Shown: one piece after another, positions 61,555-64,000 of the stretch
How positions within the stretch are numbered: the stretch's first letter is position 1
How the letters are laid out: each line of letters starts with the position of its first letter
DNA from: Nitrospirota bacterium
Lineage (GTDB): Bacteria > Nitrospirota > UBA9217
Direction of reading: 5' to 3'
Assembly: GCA_963845065.1 (NCBI GenBank)
Contig: CAWJQQ010000009.1
Coordinates: 576,001 to 640,000 of the forward strand
Length of the DNA stretch: 64,000 bases
Notes under the pieces: model-generated
Database searches by the model: none
The model's input: only the letters and a program-made list of their open reading frames with translations
Told to the model about the DNA's origin: nothing
Made by a program: the position numbers and the translations under genes

Positions 61555-62886
61555 ATGGTACTTATAAGAATGGCAGGGGAAGGTCCCAGGATTATCCTTA
61601 GAGAGATTTTCAATAAATCGCTATTGGCAGTAGACCCTTATAAAGCAGTGGCCTCGTATTCGGATACAATTCGCAGGGCATACAAGAGCGGTAATTTCAG
61701 GAAACTTGTCCTCATAGGTTTCGGCAAAGCAGCTTCGCTCATGTCAAAAGCAATCGAAGACAATCTAGGAGACGTACTGGCTGGCGGAATAATCGTAACG
61801 AAATATGGCCATTCAGTACGGGGGGACAAAAATAGCAAAATTATAACCTATGAAGCGGGACATCCTCTACCTGATGAAAACGGACTAAAAGCTGCTAAGG
61901 AAATTGTAAGGGTGCTCAAAGAGGCGGACAAAAATACCCTCGTCATTTGCCTTATATCAGGAGGAGGATCTGCTCTTCTCGTAGCGCCCTACAAAAACAT
62001 CACACTGGCTGATAAACAGGAAGTCACCGGCATGCTTCTTAAGGCTGGGGCCGATATTTACGAGCTTAACACTGTTAGAAAGCACATTTCGGCAGTAAAA
62101 GGAGGCAGGCTGGCAGAAACAGCTCAACCGGCAACAATTATATCACTGATACTCTCCGACGTTATGGGAGACAGACTGGATATGATTGCATCTGGCCCTA
62201 CAGCGCCAGACAAAACAACTTATAATGAGGCGAATAATGTTTTCCTGAAATATAAGCTGGAAAACAGATTGCCGTCAAGTGTTGCGGAAATAATAGGTAA
62301 AGGTATACGTGGGCTTATGCCTGAAACGCCGAAGGATGACGATCCGGTTTTTCACAGGGTCAGTAATATCATTATTGGAAGCAACAAAATTGCGACGGAT
62401 GCAGCCAGGAAGGCCGCGGAGTTACTGGGATATAGAGCAACGGTTATCTCTACCGAATTGAGCGGCGAAGCGACAATCGTTGCCGGGGAACTTGCAAAAA
62501 AAGCGATTGATTTCAAAAAAGCATTAGCGCCCGGAGACAAGGCGTGCCTTATCGCCGGAGGAGAAACAACTGTTACGGTCAGAGGAAACGGCAAGGGAGG
62601 AAGGAATATGGAACTTGCCCTTGCTTTCGGAATGGGAATAAAAGGACTCCCAGGAATTACTTTTCTCTCGGCAGGCACCGACGGCACTGATGGCCCGACC
62701 GACGCTGCAGGAGCAATTGTGGACGGTCAAACCCTTGCAAAAGCGGCAGGGGCCGGCTTTGACGCAGGGGAGTACCTGAAGAACAACGATTCATATACTT
62801 TTTTCAGCAGGATGGGCGATTTATTTATTACCGGGCCGACCGGTACAAATGTCATGGATATACAGATAATACTGCTGGACAATTGA
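61555..62886 (+). CDS. Glycerate 2-kinase, MOFRL (class II) family
   Basis: GFGKAA, GHPLPD, ISGGGSAL, VKGG.LA, GGETTV, GTDGTDG, TGTNVMD. Confidence 0.92.
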   Translation: MVLIRMAGEGPRIILREIFNKSLLAVDPYKAVASYSDTIRRAYKSGNFRKLVLIGFGKAASLMSKAIEDNLGDVLAGGIIVTKYGHSVRGDKNSKIITYEAGHPLPDENGLKAAKEIVRVLKEADKNTLVICLISGGGSALLVAPYKNITLADKQEVTGMLLKAGADIYELNTVRKHISAVKGGRLAETAQPATIISLILSDVMGDRLDMIASGPTAPDKTTYNEANNVFLKYKLENRLPSSVAEIIGKGIRGLMPETPKDDDPVFHRVSNIIIGSNKIATDAARKAAELLGYRATVISTELSGEATIVAGELAKKAIDFKKALAPGDKACLIAGGETTVTVRGNGKGGRNMELALAFGMGIKGLPGITFLSAGTDGTDGPTDAAGAIVDGQTLAKAAGAGFDAGEYLKNNDSYTFFSRMGDLFITGPTGTNVMDIQIILLDN

Positions 62887-62907
62887 CTTGTTCACCTGCA
62901 GTGTTAA

Positions 62908-63413
62908 CTATAAATAATGCATGAGTACGCTTGATGCATTCCCACCGCTAAGGCCTGTGGGCTTCTGGGATACAAACGAGCTATTGCGGGATACACAGGC
63001 AGTTTTACTGCTCCTCTCCCAATGGTTGGACGCCCCAACCATGTGAATCACAATTGATGCATTATGGTCACGATCGTGATAAGTGTTACATGATCACATG
63101 GTTTGTGGCACTAGAATACCAATTCTCCTATCCGGATACGATTACCATCAAGCACTTCTCATAAATAGTTTACTTTTTATTCGTCATTAATAGACTATTG
63201 CCTGTGTTTCAAACAATGTATGAATGCTGCAGCACCTGCAAGAAGATTATGCAATTGACATTTCCTAACAGCACATTGCGTTTCATAGAACTTTTGACAG
63301 TTTTATATCTTCATGTGCCCGGCAAAGGTTATCATCGTGATAAAGATGAAGACACAAAGCAGGGGGAATAGGTGCGTGATGAACGCTGTTGTAGAACTTA
63401 TTGTATTGTGCAT
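62908..63413 (-). pseudogene. Possible heavily decayed multiheme cytochrome c gene
   Basis: Hydrophobic leader, then CQKFY, CNTYH and CVSRN, each 1-2 base changes from CxxCH, across broken frames. Confidence 0.25.
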
Positions 63414-64000
63414 CAACGCGTGCATCACTGATGTGCGCCGCCGAATTGCAAAACATGCCTGCATCTAATATGCATAGCTGAAATAATGCGAACTAATAAA
63501 TGTCCTATTGGCATTCATTCATTGTCTCCGGTAAATCAACCTGTTTAAAAAGTGTGATCCGATATTGAGCGCATGTTGACACATTGTCCGGAGTATAGTG
63601 GTTATCCTAGCACCTTTCATGCCGGTCAAATAACAAACAACGATCGACGTTCCAAAAGATTTGTCTTGAAGGAGACTCAGCGCTTGAGTGATGTTATATT
63701 AGCAGCTTACCTCGCCATATTCGTATTATAATATATTCGCTTGCGACGACCAGTATTGTTGGAGAATCCTGTATGTGCCAAACCGATCATCGAGTCTTGT
63801 ATCCTAAAGAAACAGTTGTTATGAGCTTCTGCATTAGCTTCATGGTTCCTTTGGAAACAGTCACACTTAATCATTCAAAATCAACCTTAATTTCATCGTG
63901 AATGTTTCTTTCGGAGTCAGTTCTCCTGCTTACTAGATGTATTGACGATGTCCCTCTCTGCGATATCAAGCTACCTGGTCAAGTTTTATCAATAGGAAAT

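Overview
Bacterial chromosomal window, probably from an anaerobe or microaerophile; a Nitrospirota/Desulfobacterota-like host is a weak inference. Core half (1-34.2 kb): apbE end, arsC, a UGA-containing HesB/IscA-like selenoprotein with a SECIS-like hairpin, an RRM-rpsU cluster followed by two tiny basic ORFs, a dead IS200 tnpA, DUF4912 plus GH57 branching enzyme, a GlcD-like oxidase, an active plus a probably dead L,D-transpeptidase, an HD hydrolase, a deleted GGDEF gene, transketolase, a complete nuoA-N operon (fused nuoCD), an octaheme Hao-like cytochrome, an intact IS481-like element, and ihfA-merR-tRNA-Pro(GGG). Accessory region (34.2-53.7 kb): a MacAB-TolC-like efflux operon with a partial duplication, a GlcG/HbpS protein, an IS1380 element, two paralogous membrane-protein genes, and three copies of a tnpB-only IS200/IS605 element (intact, pseudogene, internally deleted). 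Together the three copies give the TTAC target, the TCAG right end and covarying omega-RNA stems. The window ends with a hyi-garR-LIV-type ABC-larA-glycerate kinase cluster that suggests a nickel-racemase-dependent glycerate or small hydroxy-acid route. No CRISPR array or rRNA was seen. All family assignments come from motif recognition by eye, not from database searches.
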